A stretch of 64,000 nt of DNA from the human T2T-CHM13v2.0 reference genome, Homo sapiens: NCBI RefSeq assembly GCF_009914755.1, contig NC_060947.1. One strand, 5' to 3'. The translations under genes were made by a program, and so were the position numbers. This document shows positions 1 through 16,509 of this stretch, one piece after another (the stretch's first letter is position 1; the number at the start of each line of letters is the position of its first letter). A model generated the notes under the pieces. It saw only the letters and a list, made by a program, of their open reading frames with translations, ran no database searches and was not told where the DNA came from.

Positions 1-532
<532 letters not shown>

Positions 533-786
533 TTAGCTGTATGTCTCCCAGCAGTGCTCACTAGTCTGGTAGTAAAATTGAGGGGGGCGAGGATGGTAGT
601 CATCTAGCATTAGAAGTGCTTGGCAAAGGTTACAGGAGTCTGTGTTGGTGGTCTACCTCCATGGTTGATGTGAAGATGTTTTTTATAAACTGTAAAGTTC
701 TACACGAATAATAGTGGTAGTTTTTAATCTATCCCCATGCCACTGTCCTCATTCAAGCCCTCATTATTCTTACTTAAACTTATTGA

Positions 787-1275
<489 letters not shown>

Positions 1276-1429
1276 TGAATGTGATCCCAAAGTACCTTTC
1301 TACCCTAATTTCTGACTACATCTCCATATACTGTTTTCTCTGTCCTCATCATCCTACCTACCTTTCCCTAAATATGCGAGGCTTAGCTAACCCTCTGTTC
1401 TTGCTCATGCTATGTCATGTAAAACATTT

Positions 1430-1700
1430 GAAGGACAAACTTTGGACTTACAGTTAGATGACTTGTATTACTGCTTTGGTTCTGCTGTTCACAGGTGGCT
1501 GTGTGGCCTTTAATATATTATTTTAACCTCTTTGATCCTCAGGGGTTTGTTGTGTGTTTTGTTTGTTTGTTTGTTTGTTTGTTTTTACTAATTTCTTCAT
1601 CTTTATACTGTTAATACCTACCTCAAAGAATTGTTAGAATTTATTCAGATAATGAATACGAAAGCACGTTGTAACTAGATGCACAGTACACATGTATGGC
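1430..1700 (+). mobile_element. MIR, containing a (TTTG)n microsatellite
   Basis: Degenerate MIR core (ctgtgtggccttt...ttaacctct...catct...aatacctacctc). Confidence 0.65.
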
Positions 1701-1717
1701 ATTATTTTCTACCTACC

Positions 1718-2180
1718 TCTGTCAGTATGCTTTTGACTTCAAATAACAGAAATCCAACTGAAAATGGCTTAAACAATGAGGAAGCAACTCTGGAGGTAAG
1801 GCGGTTCCAGGGTTGGTTAATTCAGCAGCTCAGTAGCATCGTCCTACTATCTCCCTGCTTTGTACTCTTTGTTTTGTTCCTTTCGGCTTTTTACACTATG
1901 GTCTTAAGATGGCTGCTACAGTCTTAGTTGTCACATGAAGTCAGCAATGTTCAGATGCAGGAAAGGAGGAGTCCTATTAGTATGACCCTCTTTAAGGGTG
2001 AGAAAATCTCTCTAGAAGCCTTCCCTCATCCCCACCCCATAAACTTTGCCCAATGTCTAATTCATGGAAATTGTACCACATGCCTAACCAGTCATCACTG
2101 GGAAGGGAAATCAGCTAATCTTCATTAGCTTAGACCAATCATGATTCACTCGCTGGTACTGGCCGTCACCTCTCCTGAAG
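1718..2180 (-). mobile_element. Old ERVL-MaLR (MLT1-type) LTR
   Basis: 'aataacagaaatccaactgaaaatggcttaaacaat' is typical of the antisense MLT1 terminus. Confidence 0.55.
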
Positions 2181-2443
2181 GAACAGATGCTTATTAGGGG
2201 CTCTATTAGGGAGGGAAAAGATTGTGACAGCACGATGTCTTCAGGGATGACCCTGGTTTGTTAGGGCAAGGAGATGAAAGGAAGAGGTGCTAAGTAGTAA
2301 ATCAGCATAAAGGGGAGCTTGCTTTTGGTGACTCAAGATTTCAATCAGGCATCATACAAAATGCTGAGAGAACAGATGGGGTGGGAAGAATGTGAAACTA
2401 GTTTTACATTGCAGTTTCAAAGTTTATCTTTATATCCAAATAG

Positions 2444-2557
2444 GTATGCAGTGGAACTGATGAAGACCCTGATGATAAAAACGCACCCTTTCGGCAACGG
2501 CCATTTTGCAAATATAAAGGACATACTGCTGATCTCCTTGATCTTTCATGGTCTAAA
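2444..2557 (+). CDS. WDR44: WDR44 coding exon (VCSGTDEDPDDKNAPFRQRPFCKYKGHTADLLDLSWSK)
   Basis: tag| acceptor, 114 nt open frame with the WD40 'GH' motif, |gtaaga donor; peptide recognised as WDR44. Confidence 0.96.
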
Positions 2558-2599
2558 GTAAGAAATTCTTATTTGAATCATATAGTAATTCTGCGTATA

Positions 2600-2870
2600 A
2601 GGAGCTGATGCTGTAGTCTTAAAGCAGAATTTCTTCTCCGGGAAACCTCAGTTTTTTGTCTTAAGGCCTTCAACTGATTGGATGAGGCCCACCCACATAG
2701 TCAAGGGTGATCTCCTTTACTTAAAATCAACTGATTATAGGTATTAATCACATGTACAGAATACCTTCACAGCAACAACTAGATTGGTGTTTGATTAAAT
2801 AATTGAGTACTAGCTTAATAATTAAATAATTGAGTATAGCTAAGTTGATACATAAAATTAACTGTTATAA
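2600..2870 (-). mobile_element. MLT2-type (MLT2D-like) LTR fragment
   Basis: 'ggccttcaactgattggatgaggcccacccaca...aagttgatacataaaattaac' matches recalled MLT2 consensus. Confidence 0.8.
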
Positions 2871-3149
2871 CCACCTTCTTACCAGAATTAACACCTTTTC
2901 TTTGAACTCATTCTCCTTAACCTTTCTCTAGCATTTGATGATTTGATGCTATTGATCTTTCTTGAACTACTTGATTTTGGAGCACTGTATGTTCTAGATT
3001 CCCTTCCTATCTCACTGACTATTCCCTTGTTTCCTTCATGGAGGAAATATGTAATAGTTAAAAAAAAAAATTGAGAACCTGTGCAACTATACCTGCTATG
3101 TACCAAGTACTTTTCATTCACTCAAAACATATCTGTTGATCATTTTACC

Positions 3150-3483
3150 ACCTGGTTAAGAAATGACCCCTGGAGCCAGACTCCCAAGGTACATATTCTT
3201 CCTAGTCTGCCCCTTACATTATGTGACCTTGGGCAAGTTATTTAACCTCACCATGCCTCATCTGCAAAATAGACATAATAAAAATACCTTCCTCATAGTG
3301 TTATAACAGGGAAAGATTAACTGAGCTAGTAAATATAAAGCACTTGCCTAGAACATAATAAATGTTCAATTAATATTAGCAGTGATGATAATGATTAACT
3401 GAGCTAGTAAATATAAAACACTTGCCTAGAACATAATAATGCTCAGTTAATATTAGCAATGATCGTCATCATCATCATCATCA
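3150..3483 (+). mobile_element. MIR with a 78-bp tandem duplication at its 3' end
   Basis: 'tgtgaccttgggcaagttatttaacctc' MIR core; duplicated unit starts at 3315 and 3393. Confidence 0.8.
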
Positions 3484-4845
3484 CTATCTGCCAAGTAGCA
3501 TTTTAGCCACTGGGGACACAGACAAAAGTTAAGTACTTTACATGTGCTCTGTTCGTACCCTCAAAACAACCTTATGCGATTGTTGATGTTTCCTTATCAA
3601 GGATTTAAAACCAAGGGTCATACGTGTTAAAGAACATGCTTAAAGGCGTATAGCTAGGGAGATACGGGAGTTTAGGTTCAAACCCTATGACTTCGGAGCA
3701 TTACTCTCTAGCCCATTCCAGTGTCACAGTAGCTAATCACTACAAGGAAACAGGATGACAAAAATAACAAATGTTGGACACGTTGAAAGATTTAAGAAAT
3801 CATAAATTTTTTATACTTTCCGTTTTATACTTTATTTCCATTCTATCTCTTAGGAGGCAGCAGTAATATGATTTAGTATCTATCCAGCTACCTAATTGTC
3901 TCAAGTGAGTAATGTGCATTTTTAAGGACTGGTGCCAGCCTATAAACCACCTGGTCTTCCTGGTCCTTGACGATACAAATATAGAATACCAGTCTGTGAA
4001 GAGATAAGTGCAGAAACCAAGAGTAAACTATTTAGAAGTGTTTATGGCAGTTTTCACAATAAGTTTATACCTGTTTAATCTTTTAAAACTTGGGCTTCTA
4101 TTTTGTATAATAATACAAAATGGGGCTTTTATTTTATATGACTTTTATTTTTATTTCATTTTTCTAGTAAATGTTTTCTGTATTTTAAAATAGTTTCAGT
4201 CCACAACTCATTGGAAATTTAAAAAAACAAAAACAATCCTTCACCAGAAATAGTCTGAGAAGCACTAGTCTAGATGAGTTATTTCAATGAGGTGCTGCCC
4301 CATGCAGGAATGGTTCCTAAAGGTCTATCCTCATATCCCCAACCCCTCCACCCCACCTCCATCCAGAGGAAAGGAACAAAATTTCTGCAACAAGATTCTA
4401 AGCCTCTCCAGGGTAGGAACCAGATATTATTTTACTGTTTTTTGCTTTTCAAACACCAACTCAAACCAGATATTGTTTCTCTTTAATGTCTATCACAGTG
4501 TTTTTAGTGAGTTTTCTATTTGTTGAAGGTGTATTTTGTGCCAATAACAAGAATTACCGTGTTAATTCTTACAATAACAACCCCGTGAGGTAGACAACCT
4601 GATTTTGTCTCGAGGAAGAGATTGAGCCCCTGTGACCTATCTAAAATCACAAAATTAGTTATGGGTAGAACTTAGATTTTAATCTAATTTATCTGACTTC
4701 TAAGATCAGTGCTTAGTTTAAGAACGTTATTTAATTTCGTTTATTTAATAAAAAGTATTTATTAAATACTTATAAAAGAACAAGTCTTTCTTAAAGAATA
4801 CTTATTTGGAACAAGTCTTAACATGTCTTCAGCACCTTCACTTAA

Positions 4846-5245
<400 letters not shown>

Positions 5246-6364
5246 AAATAAAGTCAGTTTTAATGAACATAGGTTCATGGTGTGCCATAGGTTAAGTTTT
5301 TATACAGTTGGTATTAATCAACAGGAAATTATAATGCAAACTGCATATACTCTTAAAAACTTTTCTGGAACTGAGTGGATCTTGAAAATAAAAATGATTG
5401 TTAGATATTTCAAAGATTATTGTAAATTTCCAAATTCTGTTTTTTAATTCTTTACTTTTAATCATAAAGTATACCATCTATTTGAAAACAGGTATACCAC
5501 AATGTACCTACTTCATAGTGTTGCTATATAATGCGAAGAACAATGCTTAACACATCGTAAGTATGCGATCAATGTCACCATTGCCTTGATTTGTTTAGCA
5601 CCTTTAGGCACACCAAAGAATACAGAGGTATCATTTGAGTTTTCTCATTCAGTATAACTCATAGTTCTCCTCCTTAAATAGATTATGTTGAGGAATTAAT
5701 GAGCTTCTGCCAGCTGAAAGCTTTTGACAGATAGATGTTTGTTTCCTGGGCGATGGGGCCATCACGGTGCCTAAGTCAGTTACACTACCATCTTCTAGCC
5801 TTGAACATTCTGTGATCTATTCTGAAAGATTTGACAATTTCTATTCTCTAATTTTCTTGCCTAGAGTGTGACAGGTGCACAATAACTTTTCATTTCCATG
5901 CTGCATTATAGGGTAATCTTTTTGAAGACATTTTAAATGACAATTAGAGATCTATGTGAGTTAAAATTCACCAGTGTTATCAATGTGAAAATAACTGAAG
6001 TGACAATAAAATGAATAGATGCCTTATACTGATAGCTAAGTTCCAATATGTGCAGGTGATAACAACTAAGGCACACCTTAGTTCTCTGCTGGTGCCTGGC
6101 AGATTTCTTTAGACATTGATAAGATTCATCTGAATTTCAGAACAGGTAATGTCAAAAAGTTTTAGAATCAGTGAAATATGGTACTTAACTGTTTGGGGGA
6201 AAATAGGATCTTCCAAGTGAATTTGATAATCTTTTGTTCTTTCCGATGCTGCATTTAACAATAACAAAACTGTTGAGATACAAAAACCAAAAGTTCACTT
6301 TTATTGTATAAATAGGGTTCTTTTTCATATAGTGATAACATAGTCAATGTCATTTTCCCCATAG

Positions 6365-6487
6365 AACTACTTTCTTCTTTCTTCTTCAATGGATAAAACA
6401 GTCAGATTATGGCACATTTCTCGAAGAGAATGCCTTTGCTGTTTTCAACATATAGATTTTGTCACTGCCATAGCTTTTCATCCAAGA
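6365..6487 (+). CDS. WDR44: WDR44 coding exon ([41 protein letters not shown])
   Basis: ttttccccatag| acceptor, 123 nt, phase 0/0, [13 protein letters not shown]40 signature, |gtaagt donor. Confidence 0.97.
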
Positions 6488-7418
6488 GTAAGTAACTATT
6501 TATACATGTTTTTGTTAACCTCTAAGGAAGGTGAGAGAACCTGATTTCTCTAGAGGGCAATTGGACTACAGGAAAAAAATTATTAACAGCTACATAGTTA
6601 TGAGCAATTTAATTTTGTGTTTCATTTTGCTTTAGAAATGAGAAAGGAAATATTCTGCTGATCTGCATTAGAAAAACTGGGGATATTATATCCTAAATCT
6701 TTATTAAGACATGCAAGGTATAAATAAATGAAATAAAGTATCCTATTAAAGATGAGAGATATTGGAGATGGAGGAAGAAGAGACAGCAGATGGATAAATG
6801 AGAAAGGGAAGTACCTAGGCAGAAATAATGAGAAGATTGGGGAGGGAAGAGACAGAGAAAAAGACTGAAAGAGGCAAAGACGAAAATTCATTACAAGATA
6901 CACTGAATTCATATTGTTAGTCTTGATATCCCTTCTTTATTCCTTTTCAGTATAGAAAATCCTTTCATATCTTTCCCCCAGAAATAAAGTATTTCATATG
7001 ATTTCAGCCAAATGAGAAAAATCTGCTGTCATGGAATTGCAGACCTATTGTATGCCCTTAGAGGATGGAGCCACCAAATGCTTAAGGCTAAATTAGTTAC
7101 AGATTTTTGCAACTGTAAGCAAAAGGGAAATCACATGTTGGTGCTGACTGCACTAGCTCTATTAAGCAGAGGACTCGAGCTGACCCTAGCAACAAGTTTC
7201 CCTTACCTAAGTTGGTGTTATGATTACATTTCCAGTGGTGTCCTCATCTTTATATGTTTAACACACATTATCTTTTTAATGTAACATTTTAATCATATTC
7301 ACATTTCTTCATCTCCCCCAAATTAAGAAGACTGACTTGTTTTCAATATACTTTCCTTCCCTGAGCAGGCTTGTAACATAAGCAGTGATAATTCCGAACC
7401 CTTGAAGACTTGGTTAAG

Positions 7419-7857
7419 GGCCAGGCGCGGTGGCTCACACCTGTAATCCCAGCACTTTGGGAGGCCAAGGTGGGCAGATCACGAGGTCAAGAGATCAAGA
7501 CCAACCTGGCCAACATGGTGAAACATTGTCTCTACTAAAAATACAAACGTTAGTCAGGCATGGTGGCAGGTGCCTGTAGTCCCAGCTACTCGGGAGGCTG
7601 AGGCAAGAGAATCACTTGAACCCAGGAGGCAGAGGCTGCAGTGAGCTGAGATCGCGCCAGCCTGGGCAATAGAGCGAGACTCTGTCTCAAAATAAAAAAA
7701 AAAAAAAGAGGAAGAAGACTTGGTTAAGAATTTTGGTGGCTCACGCCTATAATCTCCGCACTTTGGGAGGCTGAGGTGGGAGGATGGCTTTAGGCTGGGA
7801 GTTCAAGACCAGCCTGGACAACACAGTGAGACCCCACCTTTATCACACACAAAAAAA
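7419..7857 (+). mobile_element. AluS (Sc-like) followed by a left-monomer Alu
   Basis: Alu consensus; gaagacttggttaag TSD around the first element. Confidence 0.9.
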
Positions 7858-8064
7858 CTATGTTAATTCTTACCAGTTTTGATGATCAAGTCATTAGAGT
7901 CCTGTTTCTGAATAACACCCCCATCCCTGTTCCCTATACACACAACAAAAGGATGGATTTACCCCATCAGCAACTGTGAGCAAAATCTTTCCATCCATAA
8001 ATCTTTCCATAACTATTTTAGCTATAAAGTATCAGCTTGGAAAGAGATATTTGGTTGTGTTCGT

Positions 8065-8755
<691 letters not shown>

Positions 8756-8956
8756 TGATTTTTTATAGTGCTTTTATTTGGTTTTATTTTGGAAACTATA
8801 AAGCCCTATTTCTAAAAATCGTACTGACCTGGAGTGTTTTTAAGAGGGGCTAGGAAAGAATAGGGTAGTGATGCCTTTTTTTGGGGGGGAAATATGACTT
8901 TTATTATAATGTTAAAGGAAGAAAGGTAGCAGAGTTAGAAAAGAAATAGCAAAATG

Positions 8957-9310
<354 letters not shown>

Positions 9311-9500
9311 CTAAGTTAAAGTATTTTTACTTGTTCACCTCTTCTACTGGTACACATTGAGTGAGCTTACATTATTTGTAGATTGTCTTTGACAGGTTTC
9401 AGAGATGGGTAAGAATAATAATCTTTGGCAAGGAACAGAAACCCTTAGGGCAGGGGGATTTGGGGTGGGGGAAGGAAAAAAAAAGAAGAAGAAGAATCTT

Positions 9501-9816
9501 GGCTGGGTATGGTGGCTCACTCCTATAATCCCAGCACTTTGGGAGTTTGAGGCAGGAGGATCACTTGAGGCCAGGAGTTTGAGACTAGCCTGGGCAACAT
9601 AGGGAGACCCCATTTTTATAAAAAAATTTAAAATTAGCCCGGTATGGTGGTGTGCTTCTGTGATCCCAACTACTTGGGAGGCTGAGGTGAGAGGATTACT
9701 TGAGCCCAGGAGGTCGAGGCTGCAGTAAGCCGTGATCGAGCCTCTGTACTCCAGCCTGGGCAACAAACTGAGACCCCATCACCAAAAAAAAAAAAAAAGA
9801 AAGAAAGAAAGAAAAA
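9501..9816 (+). mobile_element. AluJ
   Basis: Alu consensus with AluJ diagnostics; (GAAA)n tail. Confidence 0.93.
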
Positions 9817-9870
9817 TTCTTATGTTGCCAAAAACAAAACAAGCTTAGTGGTAGGACTGATTTAGTTTAA

Positions 9871-10082
9871 AGGAGATTTCTCAATCCTAGTACTATTGAC
9901 ATTCTTTGTTACACGGGGGAGAGTAGGCTGTGCGTTATAGGATATTTAGCAGCATCCCTGGTCTCTACACACTAAATACTGGTAGCATCCTGATCCTCCC
10001 ACCAGTTTTGACAACCAAAATGTCTCCAGATAATGCTAGATGTCCCCTGCAAGGTCAGATTGCCGCAGGTTGAGAACCGCTG
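9871..10082. mobile_element. MER20 (hAT-Charlie)
   Basis: 'tttagcagcatccctgg...tgacaaccaaaatgtctccaga...gttgagaaccgctg'. Confidence 0.85.
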
Positions 10083-10608
10083 ATTTGAGAGCAGAATTTG
10101 AATGATGAAGTAATTCTCTGTTGACATGGTGTTAGAGTTCCAAAAATGACTGGTTTTGGGGGCCACTAACTGATGTTACTCTTTATCCAAGTGTTACATG
10201 TATCCCAGAGGAAGGTATGATATAGGATAGTGTTTCCCATAGCATGTTCCTGAAAGGTCTAGCACCTCCCGTAAACACGCCCCCCCAAAAAAAGTCTGTG
10301 GTTAAATATGTTGAAAAGTGCTACCTACTTTATCCTGTTTGGAGATTCAAAATGCAGGTTAACTGAGAATCATGTTTAACTTTTTGTAACCCAGAATTTC
10401 TCAAACTTATTTGATCACAGAACCTTCTTCCATGCAATACACACTCAAACACTTTATCTATTGACATCCATATCTTGCAAAACAGCAGTTTAAGGATATG
10501 ATAATTAGAATTTTATTTCTCCAAAGTGAATAGTGAGGTTTCTTATTGTTGTTACTGCTTTCAGTGCATAAAATAATGCTTGCTTAAAGAATAAAAATTT
10601 TTAAATGA

Positions 10609-10922
<314 letters not shown>

Positions 10923-11030
10923 TGAAATCTACATTTTTAAACTATTCTAATAGACTTACTGATTTGATTTGCTAATGAGTTTTTTCTTGATGTGGTAAAA
11001 TGAAAACTTTCTCTGTTGCCACCTCTTTAG

Positions 11031-11222
11031 GATGACAGGTATTTTCTAAGTGGGTCTTTGGATGGAAAGCTCCGCCTTTGGAACATACCTGACAAAAAAG
11101 TGGCTTTGTGGAATGAAGTAGATGGTCAGACAAAATTGATCACAGCTGCAAATTTCTGTCAGAATGGCAAATATGCAGTGATTGGGACATATGATGGCAG
11201 ATGTATTTTCTATGATACAGAG
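11031..11222 (+). CDS. WDR44: WDR44 coding exon (DDRYFLSGSLDGKLRLWNIPDKK...GRCIFYDTE)
   Basis: ctctttag| acceptor, 192 nt, SGSLDGKLRLW WD40 motif, |gtaaat donor; overlaps supplied ORF 11058..11243. Confidence 0.97.
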
Positions 11223-11412
11223 GTAAATGATTGTTTTTTGTAAATTATATAATTGTATACTTAGTAAACACTTTCATGGTTTTGGACAAGTTGCTTATCC
11301 CCTCTGGGCTTTAACTGCATTTTCTCTAAATAGAGACAAATAATACCATGTCTGTCTTAAGAGTTGGAACAGATGACTTTTGAGATGTCTTCTAATTCTA
11401 ATTTAAAAAAAA

Positions 11413-11865
11413 TTTTTTTTTGAGATGGAGTCTCACTCTGTTGCCCAGGATGGAGTGCAGTGGAGCGATCTCGGCTCACTACAACCTCTACCTCCTGGAT
11501 TCAAGTGATTCTTGTGCCTCAGCCTCCTGAGTAGCTGGGACTATAGGCACGTGCCACCACACTCAGCTAATTTTTGTATTTTTTGGTAGAGATGGGATTT
11601 CAACGTGTTGGCCAGGCTGGTCTCGAACTCCTGACTTCAAGTGATTAACCTGCCTCAGCCTACCAAAGTGCTGGGATTATAGGCGTGAGCCACCACGCCC
11701 AAGCAAAAAGAATTTTTTTATAGAGACAAAGTCTCATTCTGTCACCCAAGTTAGAGCGTAGTGGTGCAATTGTTGCTCACTACAGCCTCGAACTCTTGGG
11801 CTCAAGCAGTCCTCCTGCCTCAGCCTCCTGAGTAGCTAGAGTTACAGATACGAGCCACCACACAT
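11413..11865 (-). mobile_element. AluS plus right-monomer Alu
   Basis: Alu consensus. Confidence 0.92.
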
Positions 11866-11906
11866 GCTCCTAATTCTAATATGTTAAATGTATGGTTTAT
11901 TTTTAG

Positions 11907-12008
11907 CATTTGAAATACCATACACAAATACATGTCCGATCTACTAGAGGGCGCAACAAGGTTGGAAGAAAAATTACTGGCATTGAGCCTTTACCTGGAG
12001 AAAATAAG
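11907..12008 (+). CDS. WDR44: WDR44 coding exon (HLKYHTQIHVRSTRGRNKVGRKITGIEPLPGENK)
   Basis: tttttag| acceptor, 102 nt in frame, |gtacta donor. Confidence 0.96.
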
Positions 12009-12227
12009 GTACTACAGTATTCAAAACCATCTCTCTCCATACTATATGTAGATTCTTGAAAGTTCTTAATATCTTGGCAAAAAAATGTATTCTCTTTGTT
12101 GTGGAATACCGCTTTTCTTCTAGTTTTGAGGTATATTAGTTTGTATGTGTGTAACACCCTTTTTGGGTTGTAGCTTAGCTTGTACTAAAAGATGATATTT
12201 TTAACTTTTCATTTGATCTACTTTTAG

Positions 12228-12343
12228 ATATTGGTAACCTCAAATGACTCCAGAATCAGACTATATGATTTGAGAGATTTGTCACTATCCATGAAGTATA
12301 AGGGTTACGTCAATAGCAGCAGCCAGATCAAAGCAAGTTTCAG
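12228..12343 (+). CDS. WDR44: WDR44 coding exon (ILVTSNDSRIRLYDLRDLSLSMKYKGYVNSSSQIKASF+S)
   Basis: cttttag| acceptor, 116 nt (phase 0/2), WD40 motif, |gtaaat donor. Confidence 0.97.
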
Positions 12344-13222
12344 GTAAATTGGCAATGAGATGTTCCCAAAAGAGATCAGGACATTTCTCCCCTAGTTCCA
12401 TTTTTCCATTGGTCTATGCCTTATGTTTAATGGGGTTCTTTTCACTTTTGCAAGTAGTAGTTTATTATCATGCAATACGTACCTTGTCCACCTATATAGT
12501 ATATAGAATTCGAATTGACCCTGTTCTGCAAATGAAGAAACCAAGACTCAGAAAATTAAGTGATTGGCCTAAAGTCATGGTTGTAGAGCCAAGATTATGA
12601 AGACTCTCATCTCTAGAGTTTTTGCTTTTGTACCTTTGTTTACGCTTTTAAGAGGGGGCTTACGGCTCATCCCGCCACTCCCCTCCCTGCCCCATTGTCT
12701 TGAACCTTTTAGGAAAGGAAGGAACCTTTTAGGATTCTAAGAAAGCATTTTAACACCCCACAGCACAGGGTCTTGTATTCAAAACTTTACATATCATTAT
12801 TATTTAAATTTCTAATTTGGGTTCTGGACACTCTCCTGAAATAGGGTTAGCTACCTTTTCTTCTTTCTAGCCCTCTTCTTTTGCCGTTTTCTTACCAGTT
12901 CTTTTTTCTTGAATTATACATTAATTAATTCAATTGGTAAAGTATTCTGCTCCTGTCTTTCACACCTTAAATCATCATTCCTCCCAACGTGGATTAACTA
13001 ACATCACAGTTACTTAGAGCTTTGATGCAAATACAAGTGCCAGGCCACTACATCACACGTACACATTTAGAACATCTAGAGTGAGACCATGGGTCTACAT
13101 ATTCAACAAGACCCTTCAAGTGTTATTTTAGGTATCACAAAGTAGGAAGCACTGATAAAGGAAACCTTTAAACATATACACACACACATTTTATTTGCTT
13201 TTCCTTTCTCCCCAAAATTCAG

Positions 13223-13350
13223 CCATGATTTTACTTACCTCGTTAGTGGTTCAGAAGATAAGTATGTTTATATCTGGAGTACCTACCATGACCTAAGCAA
13301 GTTTACTTCAGTCAGGAGAGATCGTAATGACTTCTGGGAAGGTATTAAAG
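13223..13350 (+). CDS. WDR44: WDR44 coding exon (HDFTYLVSGSEDKYVYIWSTYHDLSKFTSVRRDRNDFWEGIK)
   Basis: ttcag| acceptor, 128 nt (phase 2/1), SGSEDKYVYIW WD40 motif, |gtaagt donor. Confidence 0.97.
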
Positions 13351-13425
13351 GTAAGTACATACTTGCTTTTGTGTGTCTTATAAGAGAATCAAGTTACAGT
13401 GGATATATACTAGAAGTAAATTCAT

Positions 13426-13743
<318 letters not shown>

Positions 13744-14022
13744 TTAGGCATTATTTTAGAGAGGCAGTTTGACAATGATAAAGTGCCTTGCATTTGGCTT
13801 TGCTTGTTTTATCTATACTAAGGAAGAACTTTGGTCTAAAATTTGAGAAGTCAGGGAATTTCAGAACTTATATGTGATTTTTTTTAGAAAAATTTTTGGG
13901 TTTTAAATCACTCTTAGTTACTTCTATGTTAGTTTTTAAGGATATTTGGCATATAACATACACTATCGTGTTTGTCTTGGTATCCAATTTGTCAGTTATC
14001 CTGAAGTAAATTTTTTCCACAG

Positions 14023-14157
14023 CCCACAATGCAGTTGTTACATCAGCCATCTTTGCACCAAACCCAAGTTTGATGTTATCTTTGGATGTGCAATCTGAAA
14101 AATCAGAAGGGAACGAGAAAAGTGAAGATGCTGAAGTTTTGGATGCCACACCTTCTG
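14023..14157 (+). CDS. WDR44: WDR44 penultimate coding exon (AHNAVVTSAIFAPNPSLMLSLDVQSEKSEGNEKSEDAEVLDATPS)
   Basis: ttttttccacag| acceptor, 135 nt (phase 1/1), |gtaaat donor. Confidence 0.96.
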
Positions 14158-14255
14158 GTAAATCTTTACTTGTCCTATATTTTTTTCTAGTCAGCACTTA
14201 GTAGCCTCATTTATCTCATTTGAGTATAATAAGGTTTTCACTAGTATAAAGAATA

Positions 14256-14553
14256 TTTCTTTTTTCTTTTTTCTTAAGACAGGGTCTTGCTCTGTCACCC
14301 AGGCTGGAGCGCAGTGACGCAGTCACACACAGCTCACTGCAGCCTCAACCACCCTGGACTCAGGTGATCCTTCCACCTCAGCCTCCCAAGTAGCTGGGAC
14401 TATGGGCCTACACCACCATGCCCAGCTAATTTTTGTATTTTTTGTAGAGATGGGATTTCACCATGTTGCCCAGGCTGGTCTCAAACTTCTGGGCTCAAGC
14501 AATGCACCCACCTCAGCCTCCCAAAGTGCTGGGATTACAGGCATGAGCCACCA
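14256..14553 (-). mobile_element. AluJ
   Basis: Alu consensus; aaagaatatttctt TSD. Confidence 0.93.
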
Positions 14554-14676
14554 AAGAATATTTCTTGTTTGCAACTTAATGGTTGTCAGATATCCATTTC
14601 TGAACTTTTCAGTAATATATTTCCTCAAAGTTTTACCTGTTTTAAATTCACCTGAGAATTAAAAATGAGAAATTTG

Positions 14677-15049
<373 letters not shown>

Positions 15050-15410
15050 TTATTACCTGTCTCTCCTACTAGTCTGTAATCTCTAGAAGACAGAGACTTT
15101 TCATGTCTTATTTATTGCTGTATTGCCAGTGTCTCTCACAATGCTTGCCTACACATAGTAGGTGCTTGATGAACATGTGCTGACTAAATGAATTAAACCC
15201 AAATGAAGCAGGGCTAATTTTTCTACTTGCCACAAGTTAACAGCTTCTTGAGATAGGTGGCTATTTACAAGTTTGTAATTTCTTGCCATTTGTAGCATAT
15301 ATGCTTTGAGAATGAATATTAATTCCAGTTATATACAATGCTCATATTAGGAAGGGAGAAGAAACTGTCAGCAAGTAATATTGAGTGCCAATCAGTTATA
15401 TAAAAATCTG

Positions 15411-16085
<675 letters not shown>

Positions 16086-16509
16086 ATATATATGATTCTT
16101 TTTTAATTTTTAAATCGATTGCATAATAGTTTATTGACTGTATTGTCTCATGCTACAGATTACAAACAGGTCATAAAGCCACAGGAATAGATACAGTGTA
16201 CAAAGAGTGCTTCTAAAGTATTTGAATGGTAAAAAGTTATCAAGTACTTTAATCTCAAGTAATTTTTTTGTAGTATTATTTGGACTATCTACTCCACTCA
16301 TGACACTTTTCCTTCTGTCTGTGAAGAAAAATTTTGATAACAAAGATGAACTTCAGTCTAGCATTTCTTTCAGTACAAGATACAAAAATAAACCAAGTTA
16401 GAATGATTAAACCTTTACTAAATGCCTGTTTAACTGCTGTCTGTTTTCTTTTTCTTTCCTTCTCAGAATCACATCCAGCTTCTGTCTTCTAACTTAAGTC
16501 ATTTACGTT

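Noticed and set aside
13868-14197. 109-aa antisense ORF (also 11903..12157)
   Set aside because: Shadow ORFs opposite real WDR44 exons
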